Notes under the pieces: model-generated | What the model saw: the letters and a program-made list of their open reading frames with translations, nothing else | The model's database searches: none | Told to the model about the DNA's origin: nothing | Program-made: the position numbers and the translations under genes | In this document: piece by piece, positions 8,419-19,201 of the stretch | Layout: each line of letters opens with the position of its first letter | Numbering within the stretch: position 1 is the stretch's first letter | From: Oscillospiraceae bacterium | GTDB taxonomy: Bacteria > Bacillota > Clostridia > Oscillospirales > Ruminococcaceae | DNA: 54,968 nucleotides | Direction: 5' to 3' | Assembly (NCBI GenBank): GCA_045590375.1 | Contig: JAZNQY010000095.1 | Span: 1 to 54,968, forward strand

Positions 8419-9393
8419 TTAAACCGACGGTACAATACCAACTGGAGGAAGTGGCTCTGTTGCCTCGGTTGTGGTTTCCGGTGTTGTTTCTTCGGGAGGA
8501 GTTGTTTCCTCGGGAACGCTTGTTTCTTCGGGAGTATCCGTTTCTTCTCCGTTTCCTGCTGTTTCATCGGGAGGAGTTGTTTCGGGTGGTGTTGTTTCGG
8601 GAATATCCTCAACAAATGACGCCTCGTTGGAATTATTGCCCTTCATGTAGAGAGTTCCCTTTTTATTGATACTTATCTTTTCGTTGACAAGCATATATGA
8701 AAATCTGAGTTTATACGAGAGGTCGTTGAGACTTCCGAGTTCAACCCTTATTCTGTTGTCATAAACTATGCTTATGTTGTAACGGTCGGAAATATCTATT
8801 TCTGTTATCTTTTCGGTAACATCCTCTGCTATCATCGTTTCAATAAGAGAATAAAAAGCCTTTTCATTTTCTTCATCAGCGATAGTCACAGGCTTTCCCG
8901 GATCAAAATTTTCGTTTTCGCATCCGATGATTACGGGATAACCGGATTTTGCTTCGGTTGAATAAGAAAGAATTTTCCCTGTGTCGCTTATCAGAAGATA
9001 TCCTGATTCATACTTTATATTTGCAAATTCCTTTGACGGAGTAACTTCTATTTCAACTTTATCAGGGAATTTTTTTGTTATAGTCGCCGTATCAACATAA
9101 GGAAGAGAAGAAATTATTTTCTTTTCTGCCCTTGAAGAACTCATTCTCACAAGATTATCTCCTGTTTTTATCCCACTCGCAAGAATGATGTCATTATTTG
9201 TATATATACTGTTTCCCGTTACAGTAACTTCTTTTACATTGAAGAAAACCGTAAGTGAAAGAATTATTCCGACAACAGCAACAAGGAAAAATATCGCAAA
9301 ATAATACAAAGAAAGATTCTGCTTTCTTCTGCGTCTTTTTTTACGGGTATTACCATTATTACGGTTGTTTGCGTTCTTTGAATTATCCTGCAT
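8419..9393 (-). CDS. ftsQ: FtsQ/DivIB-type cell division protein with Pro/Glu/Thr-rich C-terminal tail
   Basis: Basic N-terminus, a single TM (LSLYYFAIFFLVAVVGIILSLTVFF) and a POTRA-like segment (VKEVTVTGNSIYTNNDIILASGIKTGDNL). It sits between mur genes and ftsZ. Confidence 0.75.
   Translation of the reverse strand: MQDNSKNANNRNNGNTRKKRRRRKQNLSLYYFAIFFLVAVVGIILSLTVFFNVKEVTVTGNSIYTNNDIILASGIKTGDNLVRMSSSRAEKKIISSLPYVDTATITKKFPDKVEIEVTPSKEFANIKYESGYLLISDTGKILSYSTEAKSGYPVIIGCENENFDPGKPVTIADEENEKAFYSLIETMIAEDVTEKITEIDISDRYNISIVYDNRIRVELGSLNDLSYKLRFSYMLVNEKISINKKGTLYMKGNNSNEASFVEDIPETTPPETTPPDETAGNGEETDTPEETSVPEETTPPEETTPETTTEATEPLPPVGIVPSV
8452..8607 (-). repeat. low-complexity coding repeat (ETTPP/PEETT units) in the FtsQ tail
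   Basis: Translates as DIPETTPPETTPPDETAGNGEETDTPEETSVPEETTPPEETTPETTTEATEP. The DNA shows imperfect repeats of GGAGGAGTTGTTTC-type units. Confidence 0.8.
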
Positions 9394-9399
9394 CTTTTT

Positions 9400-10647
9400 T
9401 CACTTCCTTGATATATTCCCTCCCAAAAGAGAGAATGATTTTTCTATATTTTCATATCCTCTGTCGATATGATGAATATTTCCTATAACCGTCCTGCCTT
9501 CTGCACCGAGTGCTGCAACAACAAGCGCTGCACCACCTCTTAAATCGGTTGCATAGACATTTGCACCTGAAAGAGACTTCACTCCCTCAACTATCGCAAC
9601 CTTACCCTCAACCTTTATATCAGCACCCATTTTCGTGAGTGCAGGAACATGCTGATACCTGTTTTCGAAGATATTTTCGATAAAAACACTCGTTCCTTCA
9701 GCACATGCAAGCGCTGCCATAACAACAGCCTGAGCATCTGTCGGAAAAGCAGGATATGGCATTGTAAGTATTTTCTTTACAGAATGGAGTTTATTCGCTT
9801 TTATGAACATACTGTCACCATAAGAATAGACATAGCATCCCATCTCTTCAAAGACGGGAACTATGCTGTCAAGGTCGTTACGGCATATACCTGTAAGTCT
9901 TAATTCCCCTCCTGTTGATGCAGCAGCAGACATATATGTAGCAGCAACAATTCTGTCAGGCATTATTGTATGTTCTGAACCTTTAAGAGAAGATACTCCC
10001 GTTATTGTAACGGTTCCCTCACCTGCACCCGTAATTTTAGCGCCACACTTATTGAGATAATCGGCAAGGTCGGCGATTTCGGGTTCTCTCGCAGCGTTTT
10101 TTATCTGCGTTTCACCATTTGCAAGAGAAGCGGCAAGTATTATATTTTTTGTTGTATCGACAGACGGAAACGGAAGAATAAGTTTTGCTCCGAAAAGACC
10201 TTTCGGTGCTGAAAAATCAAGTGTTCCGAATTTTTCTGTTACTACTGCTCCCATTTTCTTGAGAGAATTTATATGAATATCAATAGGTCTTGCACCGAGT
10301 TCGCATCCACCAGGAAGAGAAAGTGTGCATTTTCCTGTTTTACCTAAAAGTGCCCCGAGAAAAATAATCGACGAGCGCATTTCGCACATCAGTTTCTCGG
10401 GAATATCATAACGATTTACAGAACTTTTTACTATTGCTGTGTTTTCTTCAAGAGAAGAACTGCATCCCAGATAGTTAAGTATCCTCTGTGCTGAATAAAC
10501 ATCACTTATTACGGGGCAGTTATGAAGAACCGATTCACCATCGGTAAGAACGGTTGACGCAAGAATAGGCAAAGCACTGTTTTTTGCCCCTCCTACCCTT
10601 GTCTCTCCGACAAGTCTGTTGCCACCGTAAACAATAAGGCTCTGCAT
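9400..10647 (-). CDS. murA: UDP-N-acetylglucosamine 1-carboxyvinyltransferase MurA
   Basis: Contains VGGAKNSALPILAS and an active-site Cys context LPGGCELGARPIDIHI. The start is ATG 10647 after GAGGTG, and the ORF-track first codon is a TTG at 10650. Confidence 0.92.
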   Translation of the reverse strand: MQSLIVYGGNRLVGETRVGGAKNSALPILASTVLTDGESVLHNCPVISDVYSAQRILNYLGCSSSLEENTAIVKSSVNRYDIPEKLMCEMRSSIIFLGALLGKTGKCTLSLPGGCELGARPIDIHINSLKKMGAVVTEKFGTLDFSAPKGLFGAKLILPFPSVDTTKNIILAASLANGETQIKNAAREPEIADLADYLNKCGAKITGAGEGTVTITGVSSLKGSEHTIMPDRIVAATYMSAAASTGGELRLTGICRNDLDSIVPVFEEMGCYVYSYGDSMFIKANKLHSVKKILTMPYPAFPTDAQAVVMAALACAEGTSVFIENIFENRYQHVPALTKMGADIKVEGKVAIVEGVKSLSGANVYATDLRGGAALVVAALGAEGRTVIGNIHHIDRGYENIEKSFSLLGGNISRK

Positions 10648-10702
10648 CAAATCACCTCACACAAGATATTTTTTTATATCTTATGTAAGGCGATGATTTT
10701 TG

Positions 10703-11839
10703 CTACATTGCTGTAAGTGCAGAACAATTTCTGCAAAGAACTTCGTAAATCCTGTCGTTTGTATCTTTTACGTAGAGTTCGGAAGCATTCTTTGCCATTT
10801 TTTCTATTTCTTCGGGATTTTCATAAAGATATTTTATCTTTTCGATTACTTCATCAGAATTATCAAGATCTTTCTGTTCATAGACAAAAGCAGCACCAGC
10901 ATTACCGAGTACCATAGCGTTATGATACTGATGATTTCCTGCAACAACGGGTGATGGGATAAGTATCGAAGCTCTGCCCATTGCCTGAATTTCAGAAAGT
11001 GTGCTTGCACCACTGCGACAGATGATAACATCTGCAGCGGCCATACAGGTTGCCATATTGTCGATATATTCACTTACACGAAGACGTTTATCATTTACAT
11101 CAACTTCTCTTTCGACAAGTGATTTTACAAATGTATCCTTACCCATTCCACCGTAACCATGAATATGATTTATATCTCTTTTCCCACTGTGCCACTCTAT
11201 AATATCAGCGCCGAGTTCGTTTATCTTTCCTGCACCGAGGCTTCCACCAAAGGAAAGAATACAGAAACTATCATCAAAGCCAAGTTCTTTTCTTGCCTCT
11301 GCTTTTGTTTTTGTAGAAATTGCAGAACGTACAGGAAGACCTGTAACTGTGTAGGTTATATCTTTATCAAGATATTCGAGTGCTTCGGGAACTGTAAGCA
11401 TAACCTCATTTACTTTTTTCGAAAGTATCTTTGTTGTTACGCCCGGATATGCATTCTGTTCGTGAATAACTGTCGGAATTTTCATCTGTGCAGCTTTCAT
11501 AACAATAGGTCCGCTTACATATCCACCCGTTCCGATAACAAGGTCGGGTTTAAAATCTTCGATTATCTTTTTCGCTCTGGGGCCTGATGAAATAAGATAT
11601 GCCCCTGCTTTTATATTTCTTCCGATATTCTTTAAAGAAAGTTTTCTCTGAAAACCCTTTACCTTTATCTTTGCAAAAGAATATTCGGTTTTTGAAAGAA
11701 GTCTTTCTTCCATACTTCCCGGAGTTCCGGCAAAGAGAAATTCTGCATCGGGATTATGTTTTTTTATGATTTCAGCAATAGCGAGTGCAGGATTTAGATG
11801 ACCTGCTGTTCCTCCACCTGCCAAAAGTACTTTTACCAT
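10703..11839 (-). CDS. murG: UDP-GlcNAc:lipid I GlcNAc transferase MurG
   Basis: Has the GGGTAGHLNPALAIAE N-terminal G-loop and C-terminal GASTLSE. Confidence 0.93.
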   Translation of the reverse strand: MVKVLLAGGGTAGHLNPALAIAEIIKKHNPDAEFLFAGTPGSMEERLLSKTEYSFAKIKVKGFQRKLSLKNIGRNIKAGAYLISSGPRAKKIIEDFKPDLVIGTGGYVSGPIVMKAAQMKIPTVIHEQNAYPGVTTKILSKKVNEVMLTVPEALEYLDKDITYTVTGLPVRSAISTKTKAEARKELGFDDSFCILSFGGSLGAGKINELGADIIEWHSGKRDINHIHGYGGMGKDTFVKSLVEREVDVNDKRLRVSEYIDNMATCMAAADVIICRSGASTLSEIQAMGRASILIPSPVVAGNHQYHNAMVLGNAGAAFVYEQKDLDNSDEVIEKIKYLYENPEEIEKMAKNASELYVKDTNDRIYEVLCRNCSALTAM

Positions 11840-11845
11840 CTGTAA

Positions 11846-13051
11846 TCACCCTTTGTTTTCTGATATGCTTTGTCTTGAAATATTCAGTATCACACCTACT
11901 TCAGCAAGCTGCATCATAAGTGCTGTTCCACCATAGCTGAAGAACGGAAGTGAAATACCTGTATTGGGCATAGCGTTTGTTGCAACGGCAATATTGAGAA
12001 TTGCCTGAAGTCCTATCTGGAATGTTATTCCGACACAAACAAGCATTCCGAATTTATCGGGTGCTTTTGATGCAATATAAAATCCTCTGAATATAAATGC
12101 TATGAAAAGGAAGATTACCATCATTCCACCGATAAAGCCAAGTTCTTCGCATATAATCGGGAAGATAAAGTCGTTATGCGATTCAGGAAGATAAAGATAT
12201 TTCTGTCTTGAGTTTCCGAGACCAAGACCAAAAATCCCTCCCGAACCTATTGCTATGAGCGACTGCTGTGTCTGCCATGTATCTATCGGAGAATTAAAGG
12301 GGTCAACCCATGCCTGTATTCTGTTTGTAAAGGTAGACCCCCCTCCACCATTAAGGGATTTTACATATATATACCCCAGAAGCAGAGTAAGACCGACAAG
12401 ACCTGTTATGAGAAGATGCAGAAATCTTGCACCTCCTACAAACATAAGAACCACACCTATAAGTCCGATAAGGAATATGCAGGAATAATGTGGTTCAAGA
12501 TATATCAGAATTCCTACAGGTATCAGAATTGCTATGAAAGGTGCAACTCCATACATATATTTCGACATTTTCTTATAGTTTATGGCAATCATACATGAAA
12601 AAAGAATGATTATCGCAAACTTCATTATTTCAGTAGGCTGGAACTGAGGCAAAGGTCCTATTTTAAGACCTCGTCTGATGTTTGTTCCACCATATGTTTC
12701 TCCTACAAAAGGAACAAGTGCTACGAGGAAAAAAGCCACTCCGAACATACCGAATGCTATTATTTTTTTCTGGAAATGGTGATAATCGAAAAATGATATA
12801 AAAATCATAACGACTATACCGAGAATTGCAAAAATAAGCTGTCTTTTGAAATAATAAAATCCATCGCCTGTTTCGTCAAGTGCTAAGGCATAACTTGCCG
12901 AAAACATCATTACTATTCCGAAAGTAAGAAGAATGAGGACAATGAAAAGAAATGAAAGGTCTATTCCGCCTTTTACTATTGTGAATTTTTCATTTTTCGC
13001 ATTTTTCTTTATGTCAGAAGGTCTTTTTCTGACATCAGACGGATTTGCCAT
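11846..13051 (-). CDS. ftsW: SEDS-family FtsW/SpoVE peptidoglycan polymerase
   Basis: A polytopic membrane protein of about 10 TM segments with the SEDS motifs QPTEIMKF and LPESHNDFIF. It sits between mraY and murG. Confidence 0.85.
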   Translation of the reverse strand: MANPSDVRKRPSDIKKNAKNEKFTIVKGGIDLSFLFIVLILLTFGIVMMFSASYALALDETGDGFYYFKRQLIFAILGIVVMIFISFFDYHHFQKKIIAFGMFGVAFFLVALVPFVGETYGGTNIRRGLKIGPLPQFQPTEIMKFAIIILFSCMIAINYKKMSKYMYGVAPFIAILIPVGILIYLEPHYSCIFLIGLIGVVLMFVGGARFLHLLITGLVGLTLLLGYIYVKSLNGGGGSTFTNRIQAWVDPFNSPIDTWQTQQSLIAIGSGGIFGLGLGNSRQKYLYLPESHNDFIFPIICEELGFIGGMMVIFLFIAFIFRGFYIASKAPDKFGMLVCVGITFQIGLQAILNIAVATNAMPNTGISLPFFSYGGTALMMQLAEVGVILNISRQSISENKG

Positions 13052-13085
13052 TTTTCTTTCCTCCTCTCATCGAATTTATGAAAAA

Positions 13086-14117
13086 TCAGATTACGATATG
13101 TGATACATCGTTCATAACAGCTATCACAGAACCCAAAACACCTGATAAAAGTCCTGCTACCGAGAATATTATAACTATTTTGTATTCGCCCCATCCACAC
13201 ATTTCAAAATGATGGTGTATGGGTGACATTTTAAAAATTCTTTTCTTTGTAAGTTTGAAGCTGATAACCTGAAGCACAACTGAAAACGCTTCAAGAACAT
13301 ATACAAGCGCTACTAAAACGAGAACGATATGAAGTCGCATAGTCATTCCCATTACAACAACAGCGCCACCTAAAAACATCGAGCCTGTATCACCCATAAA
13401 AATCTTTGCGGGATGTAAATTCCAGATTAAAAATCCTATGCATGCGCCTGCTACTGCTATTGCGTAGATTTCTGTATAATACTGATTGAGTGCAAGCGCT
13501 ATAAAAGCAAAACATAACATCGAAACAACAGTTACCGAACCACAGAGTCCGTCTATACCGTCAGTAAGATTTACTGCGTTTACTATAAATGTTATGAAAA
13601 GCACCATAACAGGATAATAGAATATTCCGAGATTGAGTTCAAAGAAATAGAAATTTATTGTTGTTGCCTTATCGCCAAGGAAATAAAGTGCTGCGAGATA
13701 TCCTGCTGAAATAAGGAACTGGAAAATAAGTTTCTGTTTTGAATTAAGACCTAAATTTCTTTTCTTTATCGCTTTTATATAGTCATCGGCAAAACCTACG
13801 AGGCAGAAAAGGAATGTCGCTATTATTCCTGCTAACAGTCTGAGAAATCCATTATTTATTGCTGCGCCTTCTCCTACTCCGTTAAGGAACACAGAATACG
13901 CGATAACTCCGAAAACAACAGCAACAAGGGTTCCCAATATAAACATAGCACCACCCATTATGGGAGTTCCTTGTTTCGATTTATGCCAGGTAGGACCCGA
14001 CTCTCTTATAGTCTGACCGAAACTGATTTTTTTCATAAAAGGAACAAAAAACTTTCCCGTTACAGCAGAAACTGCAAAAGCAATCACTGCAGTAATAAGT
14101 ATTATCCATACAGGCAT
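13086..14117 (-). CDS. mraY: phospho-N-acetylmuramoyl-pentapeptide transferase MraY
   Basis: Contains KQGTPIMGG, NAVNLTDGIDGL and MGDTGS, plus the C-terminal MSPIHHHFE motif. Confidence 0.95.
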   Translation of the reverse strand: MPVWIILITAVIAFAVSAVTGKFFVPFMKKISFGQTIRESGPTWHKSKQGTPIMGGAMFILGTLVAVVFGVIAYSVFLNGVGEGAAINNGFLRLLAGIIATFLFCLVGFADDYIKAIKKRNLGLNSKQKLIFQFLISAGYLAALYFLGDKATTINFYFFELNLGIFYYPVMVLFITFIVNAVNLTDGIDGLCGSVTVVSMLCFAFIALALNQYYTEIYAIAVAGACIGFLIWNLHPAKIFMGDTGSMFLGGAVVVMGMTMRLHIVLVLVALVYVLEAFSVVLQVISFKLTKKRIFKMSPIHHHFEMCGWGEYKIVIIFSVAGLLSGVLGSVIAVMNDVSHIVI

Positions 14118-14118
14118 T

Positions 14119-15492
14119 TTAATCTTCCTCCGTATTGTCTTTTTCTTCCCTGCAAAGTTCGTCTATGATATCTTCAAGTTTCATTTCACGACTTCCTTTG
14201 AAAAGAACTATATCGTCTTTCTCAAGTTTCTTTTTAAGATACTCGATAAGCATAAGTTTATCTGATGTGCAACCCGAGTGAAGTCCGAGTTCATCTGCCT
14301 TTGCAGCTATAAATTTTGCATCGTGTCCGTAACAGATAAGTTTATCTATTCCGGCTTTAACAACATATTCCCCTATTTCTTCGTGAAGCTTCATCGAAAC
14401 TTCTCCGAGTCCTTTCATATCTGCTAAAACAGCAACTCTTTTCCCGTTTCCGACAGGTCGCATTGTTTTGAGTACATTTATCGCCGATTTCATACTCGAA
14501 GGTGAGGCCTCTTCACAATCGACAACAAATATTATCCCGTTTATATTATCTACTTTCTGACGAAGTCCTGTAACCTCATATTCAGAAAGTTTAAGAGCAA
14601 CTTTTTCAGGTTCTATTCCGAGAGTAACACCGACTGTAAAAGCAGCTGCTGCGTTATAGATGTTGTGTATTCCGTAACAGCTGAGTTTTACTCTGTAACT
14701 TTCGCCCTTATAGATTATATCAAAAGATGAGTTGACATTTGTTTCGATATTTACAATATTGACATCAGCAGTTTCATTTTCAACGCCATATGTTATGACA
14801 GGTCTGTCTAACGCTTCTTTTGAAAGAAATTCATCATCAGCATTGAGAATTATCGGTGATTCAATATCCATTCCGTTAAGAATTTCAAGCTTTGCCTTTA
14901 AGATACCTTCCTGAGAACCGAGATTTTCAATATGTGAAAAACCGATATTTGTTATAACTGCAACCGTAGGTTTTACAACCGAACTCTGTCTGTTTATCTC
15001 TCCGAATCTTGTCATTCCGAGTTCGAATACAGCAGCCTCGGTTTTATCATCCATATCAAGAACGGTATTTATCACCGAAACAGCATTCTGATTTCTGATA
15101 TTTCCTCCGACAAGAGTATTATACTCTGACGAAAGAACAAGAGCTATCATTTCTTTTGTCGTTGTTTTTCCTATACTTCCTGTTACACCAATAACTTTTG
15201 GAGTAAATTTTTTTCTGTAATGTCTTGCTATGTCGAAAAGTGCTTTATGGGTATTATCGACTGTGATGCAAGGCATATTACCTATCTGAAATTCTGTTAT
15301 CGCAGCAACTGCTCCGTTTTCTATCGCACGGCGCACGAAACCATGACCGTCGTTTTCCTGCTCTTTAAGAGCAACGAAAACGCAGCCTTCTGTTACTTCA
15401 TCAATATCCGTACATACAGATGTTACTTCCTTATCAACAGAAATTTCTTTTCCGAGTATGGAAGCGATTTCTGAGAGAGTCATCGCAAGCAT
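14119..15492 (-). CDS. murF: UDP-MurNAc-tripeptide--D-Ala-D-Ala ligase MurF
   Basis: Mur ligase P-loop GVTGSIGKTTTKEM and MurF-type architecture. It sits between murE and mraY. Confidence 0.9.
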   Translation of the reverse strand: MLAMTLSEIASILGKEISVDKEVTSVCTDIDEVTEGCVFVALKEQENDGHGFVRRAIENGAVAAITEFQIGNMPCITVDNTHKALFDIARHYRKKFTPKVIGVTGSIGKTTTKEMIALVLSSEYNTLVGGNIRNQNAVSVINTVLDMDDKTEAAVFELGMTRFGEINRQSSVVKPTVAVITNIGFSHIENLGSQEGILKAKLEILNGMDIESPIILNADDEFLSKEALDRPVITYGVENETADVNIVNIETNVNSSFDIIYKGESYRVKLSCYGIHNIYNAAAAFTVGVTLGIEPEKVALKLSEYEVTGLRQKVDNINGIIFVVDCEEASPSSMKSAINVLKTMRPVGNGKRVAVLADMKGLGEVSMKLHEEIGEYVVKAGIDKLICYGHDAKFIAAKADELGLHSGCTSDKLMLIEYLKKKLEKDDIVLFKGSREMKLEDIIDELCREEKDNTEED

Positions 15493-15501
15493 AAAAAACT
15501 C

Positions 15502-16932
15502 CTATATTTCTTTTAAAAGTTCTGCAACTATTTCACGTTCATCAAAGTGAATTCTTTTATATCCTTTTAATATCTGATAATCTTCATGTCCTTTACCTGC
15601 AAGAACGATTATATCGCCTTTTTCACCTGTCACAAGAGCATGCTTTATAGCATCCCTTCGATTTTCGACAACATCATAAGGAACAGGAGAGTTTTCAAGT
15701 CCTGCCAGAATATCGTTTATGATGTCAGAAGGTTCTTCGTTTCGTGGATTATCAGATGTTACTATCAGTTTGTCGGCGTATTCGGCAGCAGCTTTTGCCA
15801 TTAAAGGTCTTTTTGCCTTATCTCTGTCGCCACCACAACCGAAAAGACAGATAAGTCTGTTTTCAGCAAAAGGTTTGAGCGCCGAAAGAATATTCTTTAA
15901 TCCATCAGGACTATGGGCGTAATCACATATTACTGTATAATCCTTTCCTGTCGGAATAATTTCGCATCTTCCCTTCACTCCCGAAACCGTAGCAAGAGCT
16001 GCTGAAATCTTCTCTTCGGAGATACGCATTTCAAGGCATGCAGCAGCTGCCTGTAAAGAATTCATTATATTGAATTCACCTGTCATACCAAGAGAAACAG
16101 AAAGACTATTTTCTTTTCCTATAAGTTTGTATCCGAGGCTATCCTTTGATATTTCAATATTTTCTGCAGAATAGTCTGCTTTTTCTTTGAGTGAGCAACT
16201 TCTCTTATCACAGGAAATTTCAGAATAGAGTCTTTTTCCGTATTCGTCATCTATATTGATTATCGCTGTATCACATCTTGAAAAAAGCAGTTTTTTAGCT
16301 CTGTAATATTCTTCCATATCTGCATGATAATCAAGATGGTCCTGAGTAAGATTTGTAAAAATACCTATTCTGAAATGAGATGGTCCTATTCTCTGTTGTT
16401 CGAGTGCGAATGATGAAACCTCCATAACTGCACAGTCACAACCTGCTTTTACCATACGGGAAAGAAATTCCATATACTCTTTTGTAAGTGGAGAGGTTTT
16501 GTCGGTCTTGAATGACTGATCCATTATTTCATTACGGATTGTTCCGATAAGTCCGACACGATGCCCACTTTTTGTCAGAATTTCTTTTATGACAGATGCC
16601 ATGGTAGTCTTCCCGTTTGTTCCCGTTACTCCTATGAGTTTGAGTTTTCTTTCGGGATGATTATACCAGCTCGCACATATATCTCCGTATGCTCTTCTTG
16701 TATCGTCAACGATAATCTGATTTTCTATTCCGAGATCACGTTCTGTTACTATTGCAGCTGCACCTTTTGCTATCGCCTCTTCTGCAAAATCGTGTCCGTC
16801 GTTATTTCTTCCCTTGATACAGAAAAACAGAATATCTTTTTCAAGCTCTGATGTCTTATCGGTTACCCCACTTATTTCCATATCAGGCAATGATGTTCTG
16901 AATTTATTTTCAAGCAAATCATGAAGTCGCAT
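15502..16932 (-). CDS. murE: UDP-MurNAc-L-Ala-D-Glu--2,6-diaminopimelate (or L-Lys) ligase MurE
   Basis: P-loop GVTGTNGKTT and C-terminal DNPRNE, which is DNPR-type and suggests meso-DAP. I set the start at ATG 16932 after AAAGGTGG. The ORF-track start at 16977 would overlap the PBP gene. Confidence 0.9.
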   Translation of the reverse strand: MRLHDLLENKFRTSLPDMEISGVTDKTSELEKDILFFCIKGRNNDGHDFAEEAIAKGAAAIVTERDLGIENQIIVDDTRRAYGDICASWYNHPERKLKLIGVTGTNGKTTMASVIKEILTKSGHRVGLIGTIRNEIMDQSFKTDKTSPLTKEYMEFLSRMVKAGCDCAVMEVSSFALEQQRIGPSHFRIGIFTNLTQDHLDYHADMEEYYRAKKLLFSRCDTAIINIDDEYGKRLYSEISCDKRSCSLKEKADYSAENIEISKDSLGYKLIGKENSLSVSLGMTGEFNIMNSLQAAAACLEMRISEEKISAALATVSGVKGRCEIIPTGKDYTVICDYAHSPDGLKNILSALKPFAENRLICLFGCGGDRDKAKRPLMAKAAAEYADKLIVTSDNPRNEEPSDIINDILAGLENSPVPYDVVENRRDAIKHALVTGEKGDIIVLAGKGHEDYQILKGYKRIHFDEREIVAELLKEI

Positions 16933-16951
16933 TTTTTCGCCACCTTTCATC

Positions 16952-19201
16952 TTAACCCGTTCTGTCGTGAACAGCAAAGGTTACTTCAACTACTGTTCCG
17001 TTCGGAACTTCACAACCTTCTGCCCAGTTCTGCATAAGTGCTGTTGCATCTGCTCTTGATGATGCACCCGACAGTTTTATATTAAGTCCTGCTTCAACAA
17101 GTATCTGATTTGCTTCAGATACTGATTTTCCGATAACATTCGGAACCACTGTGTATTCTTCCTTATAATCGGCCTCTGTATAGAGAATAACTGTTCCACC
17201 TCTTGAAATAGTGGAATTTCTTGCAGGTGTCTGACCTACTACATATTCTCCACTTCCTACTACCTTTACTTTGAGGCCGTCATTTTCAATTCTGCTCTTT
17301 GCTGTGTCAACCGAGAGTCCCGAAACATCCTGAACATAGATTGGCATTCTCGCATATTCTTCTTCTCTGTATGAAGGAAGAAATCCGAGATAAGGAAGAG
17401 CATCCTTGAATGTATTTGTTACAACAGGAGATGCAACTACGCTTCCGTAATAATCGGCGCCCGTAGGTCTGTCAACCATAACAAGCATTATTATTTCAGG
17501 ATCGTCCGCAGGTGCAAAACCTACATATGATGAAACATAAAGGTCATCGCGGTTTTCAGCAAGGTTTTCATCCTGTTTTTCAGATGTTCCTGATTTTCCT
17601 CCTATGCGATAGCCCTGTATGTATGAGTTTCCACCACCATTGTTATTTACAACGCTTTCGAGAACTGTTCTCATATAAGCAGAAGTTTCTTCGCTGATTA
17701 CCTGTCTTCTTACATTAGGTTCGATATCTTTTACAACTGTTCCGTTTTCATCAACGATTTTATCTACAACATAGGGTGTTACAAGATAACCACCATTTAC
17801 TGCAGCTGCATAAGCTGTAATCATCTGAATGGGAGTTACTTTATTTGTCTGTCCGAATGAACTTGATGCAAGTTCAACGGGACCCATATCCTCAACCTGA
17901 TAATAAATTGATGATTTCGCTTCACCGGGAAGGTCTATTCCTGTTCTGCCTGTAAACCCGAATGCTTCATAATAAGCAGAGAATTTTTCTCTTCCCAAAA
18001 GTTCGCCTATCTGAATGAACGCAGGGTTGCAGGAATTTGTCATTGCAACAGCAAGGTTCTGTGAACCGTGGCTGTATTTATTCTGCCAGCAATGGAATTT
18101 TACTCCACTTACATCCATTGTCTGACAATAGAATGTAGATTCAGAATTTATGAGTCTTTCTTCATAAGCAGCAGCACCTGTTATTACCTTGAAAACTGAA
18201 CCGGGATAATAATATTCGGTTATTGCTTTATTTTTCCATTGTGATTCTCTTGCTTTCGCATACTCTTCATCATAAAGAGCAGCTGTTTCGGGATTATTTT
18301 TAAGTTCTTCAAGAAGAAGAGCTGTGTTTGCATCGTAAATTTCTGCAGGATTGTTAAGGTCAAATCCGGGACATGTTGCCATAGCGAGAATAGCGCCCGT
18401 CTTGCAGTTCATTATTATTGCGCAGGCTCTGTTTTCGGGGTTGTGCGTCATAACTGCATTACGTAGTTCTCTTTCTGCGTAATACTGTAAAGTTGTATCA
18501 ATCGTGAGATAAATCGAGTTTCCGTCCTGAGCATCAAAGACACGCTCATATTTATAAGGCATTTCCTGACCTTTTGCGTTTCTCGCAGAGATTATTCTTC
18601 CATCAACACCTGCAAGATAGTTGTCATAATAAGCCTCTAATCCATAAACTCCGTCGCCATCACCGTTAAGAAAACCTACGACGCTTGCTGCGAGTTCGTT
18701 CTGTGGATAATATCTTCTTGTTGACTGTTCGGTATAAAGAGAATATGTTGAAATATCCTGTTCGATAAGATATTCTGTGAGTTTATCGGCAGCACTTTTT
18801 TCTACTCTTACTGCTACCTTCTGATAGTGTGAACCTGCACCTGTGACTTCAGTCATTCTTATAAATTTTTCCTTATCAACGCCGAACATTTCGTTGAGTT
18901 TATCTGCGAGGGCATTTGTCTTTTCGAGTGTATAATTTCCATTACGATAAATCGCAGGGTCGAGTATGATATTGTAAACTGTTGCAGACTGTGCAAGAAC
19001 TTCGCCGTCAGCAGCATAAATTGATCCTCTTTTTGCAGGAATTTCAAGGCTTCTGAACTGGCTGCTGTTTGCTTTTGCACGGTATTCTGTGTTACCCGTT
19101 ACAGAAGTTGCAAAAAGATTTATGACTACCCATACTATCGCAACAATAAATGCTATCGATACTAAGATATTAAGTCGGAATTTCATACTTTTTGTCGGCA
19201 T
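16952..19201 (-). CDS. class B penicillin-binding protein (FtsI/PBP2B/SpoVD type) with two C-terminal PASTA domains
   Basis: N-terminal TM anchor and the transpeptidase motifs SVFK (SxxK), SCN (SxN) and KSGT (KTG variant). Two PASTA-like repeats are present (VQDVSGLSVDTAKSRIENDGLKV and VPNVIGKSVSEANQILVEAGLNI). Confidence 0.9.
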   Translation of the reverse strand: MPTKSMKFRLNILVSIAFIVAIVWVVINLFATSVTGNTEYRAKANSSQFRSLEIPAKRGSIYAADGEVLAQSATVYNIILDPAIYRNGNYTLEKTNALADKLNEMFGVDKEKFIRMTEVTGAGSHYQKVAVRVEKSAADKLTEYLIEQDISTYSLYTEQSTRRYYPQNELAASVVGFLNGDGDGVYGLEAYYDNYLAGVDGRIISARNAKGQEMPYKYERVFDAQDGNSIYLTIDTTLQYYAERELRNAVMTHNPENRACAIIMNCKTGAILAMATCPGFDLNNPAEIYDANTALLLEELKNNPETAALYDEEYAKARESQWKNKAITEYYYPGSVFKVITGAAAYEERLINSESTFYCQTMDVSGVKFHCWQNKYSHGSQNLAVAMTNSCNPAFIQIGELLGREKFSAYYEAFGFTGRTGIDLPGEAKSSIYYQVEDMGPVELASSSFGQTNKVTPIQMITAYAAAVNGGYLVTPYVVDKIVDENGTVVKDIEPNVRRQVISEETSAYMRTVLESVVNNNGGGNSYIQGYRIGGKSGTSEKQDENLAENRDDLYVSSYVGFAPADDPEIIMLVMVDRPTGADYYGSVVASPVVTNTFKDALPYLGFLPSYREEEYARMPIYVQDVSGLSVDTAKSRIENDGLKVKVVGSGEYVVGQTPARNSTISRGGTVILYTEADYKEEYTVVPNVIGKSVSEANQILVEAGLNIKLSGASSRADATALMQNWAEGCEVPNGTVVEVTFAVHDRTG

